DNA of 64,000 bases from Solirubrobacteraceae bacterium (GCA_036008605.1 DASYNL010000045.1:67855-131854); one strand, 5' to 3'. Positions 46,665 to 56,174 are shown, numbered from the stretch's first letter. Program-made: numbers and translations. Notes: generated from the sequence alone by a model not told the origin.

Positions 46665-47350
46665 GTACCGCGATCGCTCCCAACGTTGGCGTTCCTGAAG
46701 ACGAGCAGGCGATTGTCCAGCGCGTGCAACAGCTGCAGGGACTGATCGAACAGACCCGCCAGGTTGGCTCGGGGATCGCCCCGACGAGTGCCACGGCCAG
46801 TTCATCCACTACGGCCTCACAAGTGCCAACGGGAGACTTTGCCGCAGCGCTCCAGGCAGCCACCGCCGCGGACGCGTCCTCACCTATCGCCGTACAGAGC
46901 CAAGGCGTAGCAGGTACCGCGGGCGACGGTGGCGAATACGACGGTGTGATCGAACAGGCAGCTGAGCGCTATGGCGTAGATCCCGCGGTGCTGCACGGCT
47001 TGATCCAGCAGGAGTCGGGGTTCAATCCGAGCGCCCAAAGCAGCGCCGGCGCGAGCGGCCTGACACAGCTGATGCCGGGCACCGCTTCGTCCATGGGTGT
47101 CTCAAACCCACTCAACCCGACCGAATCGATCGAAGGCGGCGCGCGCTACCTGGGCCAGCTGATGAACCAGTTCGGCGGCAGCACCGAAGACGCTTTGGCC
47201 GCTTACAACGCTGGACCCGGAGCCGTTCGGCAGTACGGCGGCATACCCCCCTATGCCGAAACCCAGAGCTATGTGTCCAAAGTACTCAGCTACGCCGAAA
47301 CCTACCGTCAGACTCACCCTGCTTCGATCTCCGCCGGGGGGCTGGCATGA
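46661..47350 (+). CDS. Lytic transglycosylase (SLT family)
   Basis: IQQESGFNPSAQSSAGASGLTQLMP; ALAAYNAGPG; PPYAETQSYV. Confidence 0.92.
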   Translation: MSTAIAPNVGVPEDEQAIVQRVQQLQGLIEQTRQVGSGIAPTSATASSSTTASQVPTGDFAAALQAATAADASSPIAVQSQGVAGTAGDGGEYDGVIEQAAERYGVDPAVLHGLIQQESGFNPSAQSSAGASGLTQLMPGTASSMGVSNPLNPTESIEGGARYLGQLMNQFGGSTEDALAAYNAGPGAVRQYGGIPPYAETQSYVSKVLSYAETYRQTHPASISAGGLA

Positions 47351-49260
47351 ACAGCCCTATAGCTCTCGACATGCCAGCGACGTCGCTGCCCTCCGGCTCG
47401 CCCTCCAGCGGTGCGAACCGATCGAGCCCGCCCTCAGGCGCTCCACCGGGAGCCTCAGCGGGGGTCCCGCCACCGGGGGCTCCACCGGGCGCGCCGTTCC
47501 AGAGCGCGCTTGCCACACATTGGGCCCGGACCGCCACTGCGGAAGGCCATCCAAGGAGCAGCCTCAGAGGGGCTGCCGACAAGAGCTTGCACCCCTCGCA
47601 CGCGACGCGTGCATCCAAAAGCGGTGCAAGCGGGGGCGGCGGGGTCGTGACGGCGCCTTCGTCGGTGTATGGGGTCCCAGCCCCAAATGCCGTTGAAACT
47701 CCGGCAACGACTTTGGCCGGTGGATTGGAAGCTGCCACGGGAGCCGCCGATACAACCGGCACGACGCCGGTTGCCGCGGCCGCAGCGGCCACGCTCACCT
47801 CTACGCCCGAAGCAGGCACTGCGGCTGTCCTACCGTCGGGGCTTGCTTCGCCACCAGCAGGCACTCCGGACTCAAGCTCGGCTGCCGACGCACCAATGTC
47901 TTCGCTTCCTGCCTTCGCCCCGGTCAATGCGGCTGCATCGACACCCGTGGACGCATCACCCGACATTGCATCGCCCGCCGGCGCCGATGTCTCATCCGCC
48001 ACGACTTCCTTCCCGGCAGCCGCATACTCCGACAGCCCTGATGTCTCATCCGCGACGACTTCCTCATCCGCAGCGGCACCCTCCACCGGTCCCGATGCCC
48101 AACCAGCCACGACTTCCTCACCCGCGGCGAAATCCCCCGCCGATGCCGGTGCCTCACCTGCGACGACATCCTCGATAGTCCCCGCCTCCTCATCCGCCGC
48201 GGGATCGACTCCCGCTCCACTATCAACCCTCGGAGTTTCCGAAGCTCCCACCGGCGCCGCGCCGACACCCACGGCCACTCCATTGCCGCCCACGGCGACG
48301 GCTCCCACACCAATGGTTGTGCTCAGTCCAGGAAATACTCCGAATGCATCGGGCTCACAAGCAGCCGAACAGCCGAGCGCCGCGACATCCCAAGCCGCCG
48401 AAGGCACGACGACTGCACCGTCCTCCGACCAGTCGGACTTGAACCAGATACCAGGGACAAGCGCACTCGACGCGGCCACACGCAGTCAAAGCGCCACCCA
48501 AACCACTCCCTCCTCACTAAGCGCGCGCGCTGCCTCCGCGCCCTTCCAGAATCGGACAGCCGCTGCGCCGGCCCCAAACGGCAGCGACACGCCCAACTCG
48601 ACGACAGAGCTCACCGGTCGGTCCTTGGCAGCATTCAACCAGGCACAAACAGCAGATGCGCAGCCGGCCGCGCAGACCGTCACCGCGGCGCCGGCGAGCG
48701 CAGCAGCGGCCTCGACTATGGCCCAAGCAAGCCTCGACACCTGGATGAGCCCCAACCCCGAAGCGAGCGCCGGTGTTGGTGCAAGCCCCAGCACGGGCGC
48801 AAGCCCACTGCCCGTCCCGGGTGTGCCGATGCAGGAGATGATCGACGCGATTGGCGCAACGATCGAGCTGGCCGCCCGGCAGGGCATCGCCAGGGCGCGG
48901 ATCGAACTTCAGCCCGAAGAGCTCGGTCACATCAGCATCTGCTTGAGCCAGACCAGCGAAGGACTGCGTGCGCGCGTCACCGCCGACACGCCCGCCGGCG
49001 CGCAAGCGCTCACCCAAGGCCGCTCTGAGCTGCGCCAGTCGCTGGGCTCGCTCGGACTGTCGCTGCTACAGCTCGATATCGGCTCCTCTGGCCAACCGCA
49101 GACCGGCGAACAGGACGGACGCTTTGCCGCCAACGCCGACGAGTCGAGTGCCGTCGGCGCAACGGGCACAGCCGAGGAGAGCGAAGCATCCGCCGAGCCG
49201 CAGGACAACACACGTCCGGCCGGTAACCCCCTGGGCGAAATCGTCGACGTGCTCGCGTGA
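47347..49260 (+). CDS. fliK: Hook-length control protein FliK (long, repeat-rich)
   Basis: C-terminal ARIELQPEELGHISI..ELRQSL; Ala/Ser/Pro/Thr-rich N-terminus. Confidence 0.88.
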   Translation: MNSPIALDMPATSLPSGSPSSGANRSSPPSGAPPGASAGVPPPGAPPGAPFQSALATHWARTATAEGHPRSSLRGAADKSLHPSHATRASKSGASGGGGVVTAPSSVYGVPAPNAVETPATTLAGGLEAATGAADTTGTTPVAAAAAATLTSTPEAGTAAVLPSGLASPPAGTPDSSSAADAPMSSLPAFAPVNAAASTPVDASPDIASPAGADVSSATTSFPAAAYSDSPDVSSATTSSSAAAPSTGPDAQPATTSSPAAKSPADAGASPATTSSIVPASSSAAGSTPAPLSTLGVSEAPTGAAPTPTATPLPPTATAPTPMVVLSPGNTPNASGSQAAEQPSAATSQAAEGTTTAPSSDQSDLNQIPGTSALDAATRSQSATQTTPSSLSARAASAPFQNRTAAAPAPNGSDTPNSTTELTGRSLAAFNQAQTADAQPAAQTVTAAPASAAAASTMAQASLDTWMSPNPEASAGVGASPSTGASPLPVPGVPMQEMIDAIGATIELAARQGIARARIELQPEELGHISICLSQTSEGLRARVTADTPAGAQALTQGRSELRQSLGSLGLSLLQLDIGSSGQPQTGEQDGRFAANADESSAVGATGTAEESEASAEPQDNTRPAGNPLGEIVDVLA

Positions 49261-49321
49261 GCCACCCCATCCACCCAGCAACCGAAGGTTGTCCTGTGAG
49301 CGAACGAAAGGACAGAGAACC

Positions 49322-49723
49322 GTGACATCTCCAGTCGCACAAGCCGCCTCCGCCCCTTCCAGCGGCTCCACGTCGGCGGCGAGCCCCGAAAACCCGAACA
49401 GTGTGCTCGGGCAAAACGATTTTCTCAAGCTGATGATCGCTCAGCTGCAGGCACAGAATCCTCTGGAACCGGCCAACGGCAACGAATACGTGACCGAGCT
49501 GGCGCAGTTCACCCAACTCGAGCAGACGACCAACCTCGCGAGCGCCAGCGAGCTCTCGAGCGCGGTTCAACTGATCGGCCACACCGTCAGCTACAGCGAT
49601 CCCTCCACCGGTGCCACGGCTACCGGCAAGGTCGAAAGCGTCCAGTCCACCAGCTCCGGTCCGACCCTCACGGTCGAAGGCGTCCCGGGCGTGAAGGTCG
49701 CGAGCGTCAGCGAAGTCAAATGA
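49322..49723 (+). CDS. flgD: Hook cap protein FlgD
   Basis: LGQNDFLKLMIAQLQAQNPLEP..ELAQFTQLEQ. Confidence 0.92.
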   Translation: MTSPVAQAASAPSSGSTSAASPENPNSVLGQNDFLKLMIAQLQAQNPLEPANGNEYVTELAQFTQLEQTTNLASASELSSAVQLIGHTVSYSDPSTGATATGKVESVQSTSSGPTLTVEGVPGVKVASVSEVK

Positions 49724-49733
49724 GCCAATTCAA

Positions 49734-50213
49734 ATGAACCCGATCTCAAACCAAGCGCTGATCCCTCCGGGTGGATTGAGCACCCCGCCGATCCCGCGCG
49801 ACGCCCCGGCGACCCCGGCGACCCCCGCGGGCGCACCGACCGCCCCCGGCGCGACCAAGCCGGCTGACGAGACCACGCGCAAGCGCGCCGGGGGCGGTGC
49901 CGCCGGCGCCGCCGGCGACCAGTCTTTCGCCGAGGCGCTCCAGCAGGCCGGCGGCTCTCAGCCGCTGCAGTTCTCCCGCCACGCGCTCGCCCGTGTGCAG
50001 CGCCGCGGGATCGAGCTCGACCCCACCACGCTTGGGCGACTCTCAGAGGGAGTGGGACGCGCGGCGAGCAAGGGCTCGCGCGATTCCCTCGTACTTGTCG
50101 ACGGCACCGCCTTCGTGGTGTCGGTCAGCAACCGCACGGTCATAACAGCCGTGGGATCCGAGCAAATGAAAGACAACGTATTCACCAACATCGACAGCGC
50201 CGTCATCGCATAA
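49734..50213 (+). CDS. Flagellar operon protein (TIGR02530-like)
   Basis: LQFSRHALARVQRRGI..KGSRDSLVLVD..FVVSVSNRTVITA..NVFTNIDSAVI. Confidence 0.88.
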   Translation: MNPISNQALIPPGGLSTPPIPRDAPATPATPAGAPTAPGATKPADETTRKRAGGGAAGAAGDQSFAEALQQAGGSQPLQFSRHALARVQRRGIELDPTTLGRLSEGVGRAASKGSRDSLVLVDGTAFVVSVSNRTVITAVGSEQMKDNVFTNIDSAVIA

Positions 50214-50279
50214 GCGCGACGGCAACCACGACAACGGCTGGACCTCACAGAGGGGGCCGCGAAAGGAAGGGCAGTCACG

Positions 50280-51179
50280 ATGATGACTGGAATGTATGCC
50301 GCGATCAGCGGCCTGGACGCAAACCAGGCGCTGCTGAACGAGACGGCGAATGACTTGGCGAACGTAAACACAGTGGGCTACAAGGCCTCCAGTGTCACGT
50401 TCTCCGAATCGCTGACACAAGTGATGCGAGGAGCATCCGGACCGACAGCCACCAACGGCGGCTCCAACCCCGTTCAAATCGGGCTCGGGGTACAGGTCGC
50501 CGCCACCCGTAACGAAATGACAGAGGGCTCCTTCCAGACCACCAACAACCCGCTGGACGTCGCGATCGAGGGCAGTGGCTTTCTGCGTGTGGGCGCCGGC
50601 ACACCGCCAGCCAAGGAACCGTACACAACCGGCTTGCCCGCCAAAGTCAACTACACGCGAGCCGGCGACCTGACAACCAACTCGCAAGGATTCCTCACCA
50701 CCGAAGCCGGTGAATACGTGATCGGCCGCAACGCCGTGGCGACCGAAACCGAAGCCGGCACCACCTACGCGGCCGGTAAGGAAGAAAGCTACATCAGGAT
50801 CCCGCCGGGCTCCAGCAACGTGACGATCGGCCCCGACGGATCCGTCACCTACACCGACGAGAACCCCGAATCCAAGACCTACCAACAGCGCGTAACCGCA
50901 GGCTACATAACGCTTGCGACATTCCCCAACGAAGACGGACTGGAACGTCTGGGTGGCTCACTTTGGGGGCAGACGGCAAACTCGGGAGCACCGATCGTCG
51001 GCACACCCAATACCCCGGGCTTCGGCTCGACGATCGGCGGGGAGCTCGAGATGTCAAACGTCGACCTTGCCACCGAGATGACCAACATGATCACGGCCGA
51101 GCGTGGCTATCAAGCAAACTCGCGCGTGATCTCGACAGCCGACGAAATGCTCGGGACGCTGGTCACGATGGTGCAGTAG
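50280..51179 (+). CDS. flgE: Flagellar hook protein FlgE (short form)
   Basis: ANDLANVNTVGYKAS; QIGLGVQV; TNNPLDVAIEGSGF; YTRAGD; LEMSNVDLATEM. Confidence 0.9.
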   Translation: MMTGMYAAISGLDANQALLNETANDLANVNTVGYKASSVTFSESLTQVMRGASGPTATNGGSNPVQIGLGVQVAATRNEMTEGSFQTTNNPLDVAIEGSGFLRVGAGTPPAKEPYTTGLPAKVNYTRAGDLTTNSQGFLTTEAGEYVIGRNAVATETEAGTTYAAGKEESYIRIPPGSSNVTIGPDGSVTYTDENPESKTYQQRVTAGYITLATFPNEDGLERLGGSLWGQTANSGAPIVGTPNTPGFGSTIGGELEMSNVDLATEMTNMITAERGYQANSRVISTADEMLGTLVTMVQ

Positions 51180-51402
51180 CTCGCACACGCTTGCCAACCC
51201 CGCGCACTTCGCGAATATGACCGGTTCCTGGCAAATCTTTACAGCGCGACCAAGGAGGTCGAAGTAGAGCGGACAACTCCGAGGAGCATGGGATGGGACG
51301 GCGCGCTTGCACTGTCCCATCCCATCGCTGATTTCGACCGATCGCCAGTAGCCCACGCATCTTGGTGGGCACCTCGCGCATCTCGATGGGTACAGCTGTG
51401 TA

Positions 51403-51519
51403 TTTCAAAACGCTCTGCGCACCAACACCCCCCTTTTAGTGAGCAAAGGCAAATATTTAGGTACCGAAGCTTTAGGTACACACCCAAATTTTCTAGGTTT
51501 TTCGCGCAAGGGAGTTGGA
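51403..51519. promoter_or_regulatory. AT-rich structured element B upstream of flbD (homolog of element A)
   Basis: TTTCAAAA..CCAACACCCCCCTTTT..GTGAGCAA..ATTTAGGTACCGAAGCTTTAGGTAC..AAGGGAGTTGG. Confidence 0.6.
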
Positions 51520-51520
51520 G

Positions 51521-51805
51521 ATGATCACGCTCAACCGGCTCGGCCACAGTGACGAGCCCTTCCAACTGAATCCGGACATGGTCGTGACCGTCGAATCGAC
51601 TCCCGACACCGTCATCACGCTCGCCACGGGCGCGAAGGTGGTCGTGGCCGAGACGCCTGAGGAGGTCGCGGCCGCCCTGCATGCCTATCGCGCCAGCGTG
51701 CTCAGCGAGGCGCTGCGCAACCGCCGCCCGCCGCGCCAGCCCGGCCCTTCGGCCGGCGCGCGCGAGCAGGGCCGGCTCAGCGCAGTAGAAGACGACCCGG
51801 CGTAG
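51521..51805 (+). CDS. flbD: Flagellar FlbD family protein
   Basis: MITLNRL..LNPDMVVTVESTPDTVITLATGAKVVVAE. Confidence 0.9.
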   Translation: MITLNRLGHSDEPFQLNPDMVVTVESTPDTVITLATGAKVVVAETPEEVAAALHAYRASVLSEALRNRRPPRQPGPSAGAREQGRLSAVEDDPA

Positions 51806-51925
51806 CCACCCAGCGCTGCAGACAGAGTCGACGGACAGGATCGCCCCTCGACGGACAGGACCGACCCCCCCCCTCCGGAGCTTTCGAGCGTTCGCCGCGC
51901 TCCAAGCAGGTTCATCGCCCAGCTG

Positions 51926-51952
51926 TCAAGGATTTTTCCGCAGCGCCGATAG
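51926..51952 (+). promoter_or_regulatory. Sigma-28 promoter for motAB
   Basis: TCAA-N15-GCCGATAG. Confidence 0.72.
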
Positions 51953-51960
51953 TTGAGCAA

Positions 51961-52767
51961 ATGAAAGCTTCAACGGCCATTGGGATTGGCGCGGCTTTTG
52001 GCGCGCTCTTGCTCAGCTCGATGATGGACGGGACGAGTCCCGCGTCCTTCATCAACATCCCGGCGCTGATGATCATCATCGGCGGCACCTTCGGCGTGAC
52101 GCTGGCCAGCACCGGCATGGACGTCATGAAGCGCGTGCCGGGCCTCTACAAACTCGTCATCTCGGCCGAACCCCCCGACACGCGCGGGCGCCTCGACCAG
52201 TTGGTCGGCCTGGCCGACCAAGCTCGCCGCGAGGGCCTGCTTGCACTCGACGCCCAGTTGCCCGAGATCGAGGACCCCTTCACCCGCAACGCCCTGCAGT
52301 TGGTCGTCGACGGAACCGACCCGGAGATGGTGCACACGATCCTCGAGGCCGAGGTCGACGGCATGGCCGCCCGCCACGCCGTCGGCGCCTCACCGTTTGA
52401 GAAGGCCGGCGGCTTTGCACCGACGATGGGGATCATCGGCACCGTCCTCGGCCTTGTGCACGTGCTGCAGAACCTGGCGGCGCCCTCCACGCTCGGACCG
52501 TCGATCTCCGCGGCCTTCATCGCCACGCTGATGGGCGTCGGCTCGGCCAACGTTATCTTCCTACCGATCGCCAACCGCTTGAAGGCGATCTCCGCCGAAG
52601 AGGTCGAGCTGCGCATGATGACCGTCGAGGGGATCCTCTCGATACAGGCAGGCGATAACCCGCGCCTGGTATCCGAAAAGCTGATGTCCTACGTGCCCCC
52701 CGCCGAGCGCTCAGAGGACGACGAACAGTCGGTCGCGCCACCGAGCGTCGAGTCCAAGGCGGCCTGA
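51961..52767 (+). CDS. motA: Flagellar stator protein MotA
   Basis: ARREGLLAL; GGFAPTMGIIGTVLGL; AFIATLMG. Confidence 0.95.
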   Translation: MKASTAIGIGAAFGALLLSSMMDGTSPASFINIPALMIIIGGTFGVTLASTGMDVMKRVPGLYKLVISAEPPDTRGRLDQLVGLADQARREGLLALDAQLPEIEDPFTRNALQLVVDGTDPEMVHTILEAEVDGMAARHAVGASPFEKAGGFAPTMGIIGTVLGLVHVLQNLAAPSTLGPSISAAFIATLMGVGSANVIFLPIANRLKAISAEEVELRMMTVEGILSIQAGDNPRLVSEKLMSYVPPAERSEDDEQSVAPPSVESKAA

Positions 52768-52769
52768 GC

Positions 52770-53648
52770 GTGGCTCGCGGGCGCGGGCGCCATCGCGGTG
52801 GGGCTCATAGCGAGGAGAGCGAGGAGCGCTGGCTGCTGACCTACGCAGACATGATCACGCTGCTGATGGCTCTGTTCATGGTCCTCTTCTCGATCTCCTC
52901 GGTCAATATTTCCAAGTACAAAACCCTGCAGCAATCGCTGAAGGCCGCCTTCTCGGGCAACGTCCTTCCCGGCGGCAAGGCAGTCGCCCAACAGGGCTCA
53001 ACCGCCAACTCGAGCCAGATCCCCGCAAGCGTCGAACTGCAGGCGATCGAGCCGGTGACCACCCAGGGCGCCGCCAGTCTGCAGAACAGCAACGCGCACG
53101 GTACGCAGAGCACCACAGCGGCCGCCCAGCAGGAAACACCCGCCCAGCGCGAGAACAACGAGTTCGCGCAGATCAAGCACGAGCTGGACGCATATGCCAA
53201 GTCGCACGGTTTCAGCTCGAGCGTGCAGACCTCGATCGAACAGCGCGGCCTGGTCATCAAGGTGCTTACTGACGACCTGCTTTTCCCATCGGGCCAAGCG
53301 ACGCTCGACGCACAGTCCTACGCGCTGCTCGGAGAGATCGGCCAGCTGCTGAACATCGACGAAACCCATCCGATCAGCGTCGAAGGCAACACCGACAACG
53401 TCCCGATCCACAGCTCCCAGTTCTCGAGCAACTGGGAGCTCTCGACCGCTCGCGCCAGCGCCGTGGTCGAATTCCTGGCCGAACACGGGGTCGCCGAGCA
53501 CAGGCTGACCGCGAGCGGCAACGCCGACCAGCAACCGGTGGCCAGCAACGCAAGCGAAAGCGGCCGTGCCCGCAACCGGCGCGTGGAGATTGTGATGCGC
53601 CGCATCTACGGCGGAGAAGGCGAAAGCAACACCGGCAGCGAACCATAA
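52770..53648 (+). CDS. motB: Flagellar stator protein MotB
   Basis: ERWLLTYADMITLLMALFMVLF; EGNTDN; NWELSTARA; RNRRVEI. Confidence 0.95.
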   Translation: MARGRGRHRGGAHSEESEERWLLTYADMITLLMALFMVLFSISSVNISKYKTLQQSLKAAFSGNVLPGGKAVAQQGSTANSSQIPASVELQAIEPVTTQGAASLQNSNAHGTQSTTAAAQQETPAQRENNEFAQIKHELDAYAKSHGFSSSVQTSIEQRGLVIKVLTDDLLFPSGQATLDAQSYALLGEIGQLLNIDETHPISVEGNTDNVPIHSSQFSSNWELSTARASAVVEFLAEHGVAEHRLTASGNADQQPVASNASESGRARNRRVEIVMRRIYGGEGESNTGSEP

Positions 53649-53706
53649 GCAGAGATACATCCAGAAAGCCCAACGAAGCCCAGCCCAATACCACAGCACC
53701 AAGACC

Positions 53707-54144
53707 ATGCTCAAAAACAAGAAGATCCTGCTCGTCGCGATCGTCCCGATCCTGTTGTTCGGCGGCTACACGATGACCAAGGCCAAGCCGGTGGTCAAGG
53801 AGAAGGTCAAGGGCACCATCTACGTGATGCCACAGTCCTTCCTGCTTAACCTCAGCGACGGGCGCTACGCCAAGATCAGCGTGGCGCTCGAGCTGGCGCC
53901 CGGACAGAGCGATGGCGCAAGCGCCGCCACCAGCTCATCCGGTTCCGAAAGTGGACCCGGTACTCTGCCCGAGGAAGCGATCGTGCGCGAAATCATCACA
54001 AATGCCGTAGCCGGTCAGAGCGGTGAAACGCTCATAAGCAGTCACGGCCGGGAAGCGATCAAGCGTCAGATCCTCCACACAATTCAGCAAAGGACCGACG
54101 TCAAGGTCGAAGAAGTGCTCTTTCCGGATTTCACAGTTCAATAG
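53707..54144 (+). CDS. fliL: Flagellar protein FliL
   Basis: N-terminal TM; FLLNLSDGRYAKISVAL; EVLFPDFTVQ. Confidence 0.85.
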   Translation: MLKNKKILLVAIVPILLFGGYTMTKAKPVVKEKVKGTIYVMPQSFLLNLSDGRYAKISVALELAPGQSDGASAATSSSGSESGPGTLPEEAIVREIITNAVAGQSGETLISSHGREAIKRQILHTIQQRTDVKVEEVLFPDFTVQ

Positions 54145-54152
54145 GAGGCAAA

Positions 54153-54542
54153 GTGGCTGAGGCAATCGAGTACGAGCAGTTCGATCAGAACCCGTCGAGT
54201 GGAGCCACGAGCACCGAACTTGGCGGAGCCTCGCCCTCCGATCCCGACCTGAGCCGCCTCAGCGACATACCGATGGAGTTGAGCGTGGAGATCGGCCGTA
54301 CGCATATGACCGTCGGCGAGACGCTCGACCTGCGCGTCGGCTCTGTTGTGGCACTCGAGCGCCAGGCCGGCGAGGCGGCCGACCTGCTGGTCAACGGCAC
54401 GGCGATCGCCCGCGGCGAGGTGATCGTCATGGACGAGCGCTACGGTCTGCGCGTCACCGAGATTCTCGAGAGCAATCAGATCTCAGCCTCCACGGGCACC
54501 GACGAGGCGATGGTGAGCGAGGCCATGGCCACCAACAGCTGA
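54153..54542 (+). CDS. fliN: Motor switch protein FliN
   Basis: LSDIPMELSVEIGRT; DLLVNG..ARGEVIV..YGLRVTEI. Confidence 0.9.
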   Translation: MAEAIEYEQFDQNPSSGATSTELGGASPSDPDLSRLSDIPMELSVEIGRTHMTVGETLDLRVGSVVALERQAGEAADLLVNGTAIARGEVIVMDERYGLRVTEILESNQISASTGTDEAMVSEAMATNS

Positions 54543-54560
54543 CTTGGAAGGTGAGCACAG

Positions 54561-55988
54561 TTGAGCCCGAAGAGCCGCGCCGGCGCTTCCAAGGACGAGC
54601 CACAAAGCTCCAAGAAGCCCGCGTCCTCTGGCACAGACGAGTCGGCCGGCTCCAAGAAGCGCACGCCGGCCGCCAAGGCGGGGGCAGCCGCCGGCAAGGC
54701 CCGCGGCGGTGCAGCCAAGGGTGAGCCTGACGGCGCACAGGCGGGAGAGACAGGCACACAGGCCGACACTTCAGACGCTGCTGAAGCAAGCAGCCAGGCG
54801 GGCGGGCGCATACGCACGCTCGACTTCTCCCAGCCGACCAAGTTCACGACCGAGATCAGACGCCGCATCTCGAGCGCGATCGAACAGTTCTGCGAGGCGC
54901 TGTCGGGCCGTTTGACGAACGAGTTGTCAGTGGAAGTCGAGCTCAGCGTCGCCGAGGTCGACCAGCACACTTGGGCGGCCGCCAAGGCACGGCTGGCCGC
55001 GGACGCCGTCGCAGTTGCCGTCGAAGCAAAGGCGATCGAGCGTCAGATGCTGCTCAGCGTCGAGCAGCCGCTCTTGCTGCAAGCGCTCGAATGCCTGCTC
55101 GGCGGCCAGGCAGCCCAGGCACCGTCAGAGCGCCACCTGACCGACATCGACTGGGTACTCGCAAGAGGCCTCCTCGATGGGATCGTCGCCGATCTCTCAA
55201 GCTCCTGGAACGAGCTCGGCGGCCCACAACTGACGCGCGGCGAGGTCGATTTGGAGGCCGACGCCGGCGTCTTTGCACCCGTCGGCGAGCCCACCTTCGC
55301 AGTCACCCTCGCGAGCAGGATCGACGGCCAGTCGGCCACGATGTCCTTGTTGATTCCCTGGGCGGCGGTCGAGCCGGTCTCCGAGAGCATCCGCGGCGGC
55401 GGCGGTCCGCCGCTTACGGGCGACGTGCGCGATCCCGATGCGTTGCGGCGCGGTCTCGCCCGCGCCCAGATACTGCTGCGCGCCGAGGTCGGCTCGGCGC
55501 AGATGCCGATCGAGCAGATGCTGGGACTCGTCCCGGGCACGCTCGCCGAGCTACAGGGTCGCGCCGATGACGGCGTGTGGCTATTCGCCGAAGGCGTGCT
55601 GCTCGGACGCGGAAAGCCCGGACGTTCTGGTACGCGACGGGCGATCAAGCTGCACTCCATAAGCGATACGCCGACGCGCGCCGACACTTACGCAAAGCTT
55701 GGCCGAGCCGAGCTCGAGCGTGCACGGGCGCATGTGGACGGCACGGGCGAGAGCGCCGAGGGCCGAGCGATCTTGCGCAGCATCTTCGTACGCGTATGGG
55801 CCGAGCTGGGACGAACGCACCTCCCGCTCAGAGACGCCGTCGAGCTCGCACCGGGCGCTGTCGTCGAGCTCGATCAAGCCGCCGAGGCGCCGGTCGAGCT
55901 GTTCGTCAACGGGCTGTGCTTTGCCAACGGCACGCTCGTGGTGACATCAGACGGCGGCTGGGGCGTGCAGGTCTCAGCGCTCGTCTGA
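54561..55988 (+). CDS. fliM: FliM with an extra C-terminal SpoA/FliN-like domain
   Basis: RTLDFSQPTKF; LLQALECLLGG; ERHLTDID; two SpoA domains (LRAEVG..GKPGRSG and VWAELGRT..ELFVNG). Confidence 0.82.
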   Translation: MSPKSRAGASKDEPQSSKKPASSGTDESAGSKKRTPAAKAGAAAGKARGGAAKGEPDGAQAGETGTQADTSDAAEASSQAGGRIRTLDFSQPTKFTTEIRRRISSAIEQFCEALSGRLTNELSVEVELSVAEVDQHTWAAAKARLAADAVAVAVEAKAIERQMLLSVEQPLLLQALECLLGGQAAQAPSERHLTDIDWVLARGLLDGIVADLSSSWNELGGPQLTRGEVDLEADAGVFAPVGEPTFAVTLASRIDGQSATMSLLIPWAAVEPVSESIRGGGGPPLTGDVRDPDALRRGLARAQILLRAEVGSAQMPIEQMLGLVPGTLAELQGRADDGVWLFAEGVLLGRGKPGRSGTRRAIKLHSISDTPTRADTYAKLGRAELERARAHVDGTGESAEGRAILRSIFVRVWAELGRTHLPLRDAVELAPGAVVELDQAAEAPVELFVNGLCFANGTLVVTSDGGWGVQVSALV

Positions 55989-56032
55989 GGTTTGCCGGAG
56001 GAACCGGCGAAAAGTTATGCACCCTTTTGAGT

Positions 56033-56069
56033 TTACAATAGTAACTACTTTATGTAGTTACTATTGTAA
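56033..56069. promoter_or_regulatory. Perfect 16-bp AT-rich inverted repeat (operator or hairpin)
   Basis: TTACAATAGTAACTAC-TTTAT-GTAGTTACTATTGTAA. Confidence 0.7.
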
Positions 56070-56174
56070 GTCATAGAAAATTTATATACCTCCCTACGAC
56101 TCCTTGCCCTAAAAAGTCGTCAAGCCGGGAGCCGACCGACTTTGCACCTGGGCGCATCCGTCGACACCAGACCC

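Noticed and set aside
51288-51325. Intrinsic terminator after flgE (12-bp IR ATGGGATGGGAC/GTCCCATCCCAT)
   Set aside because: The stem is real but has a 14-nt loop, no U-tract and lies ~110 nt from the stop; function is unsupported.
56033-56069. dif/XerCD site
   Set aside because: Contains TTATGT but lacks the XerD arm TTATGTTAA and the 11-6-11 layout.
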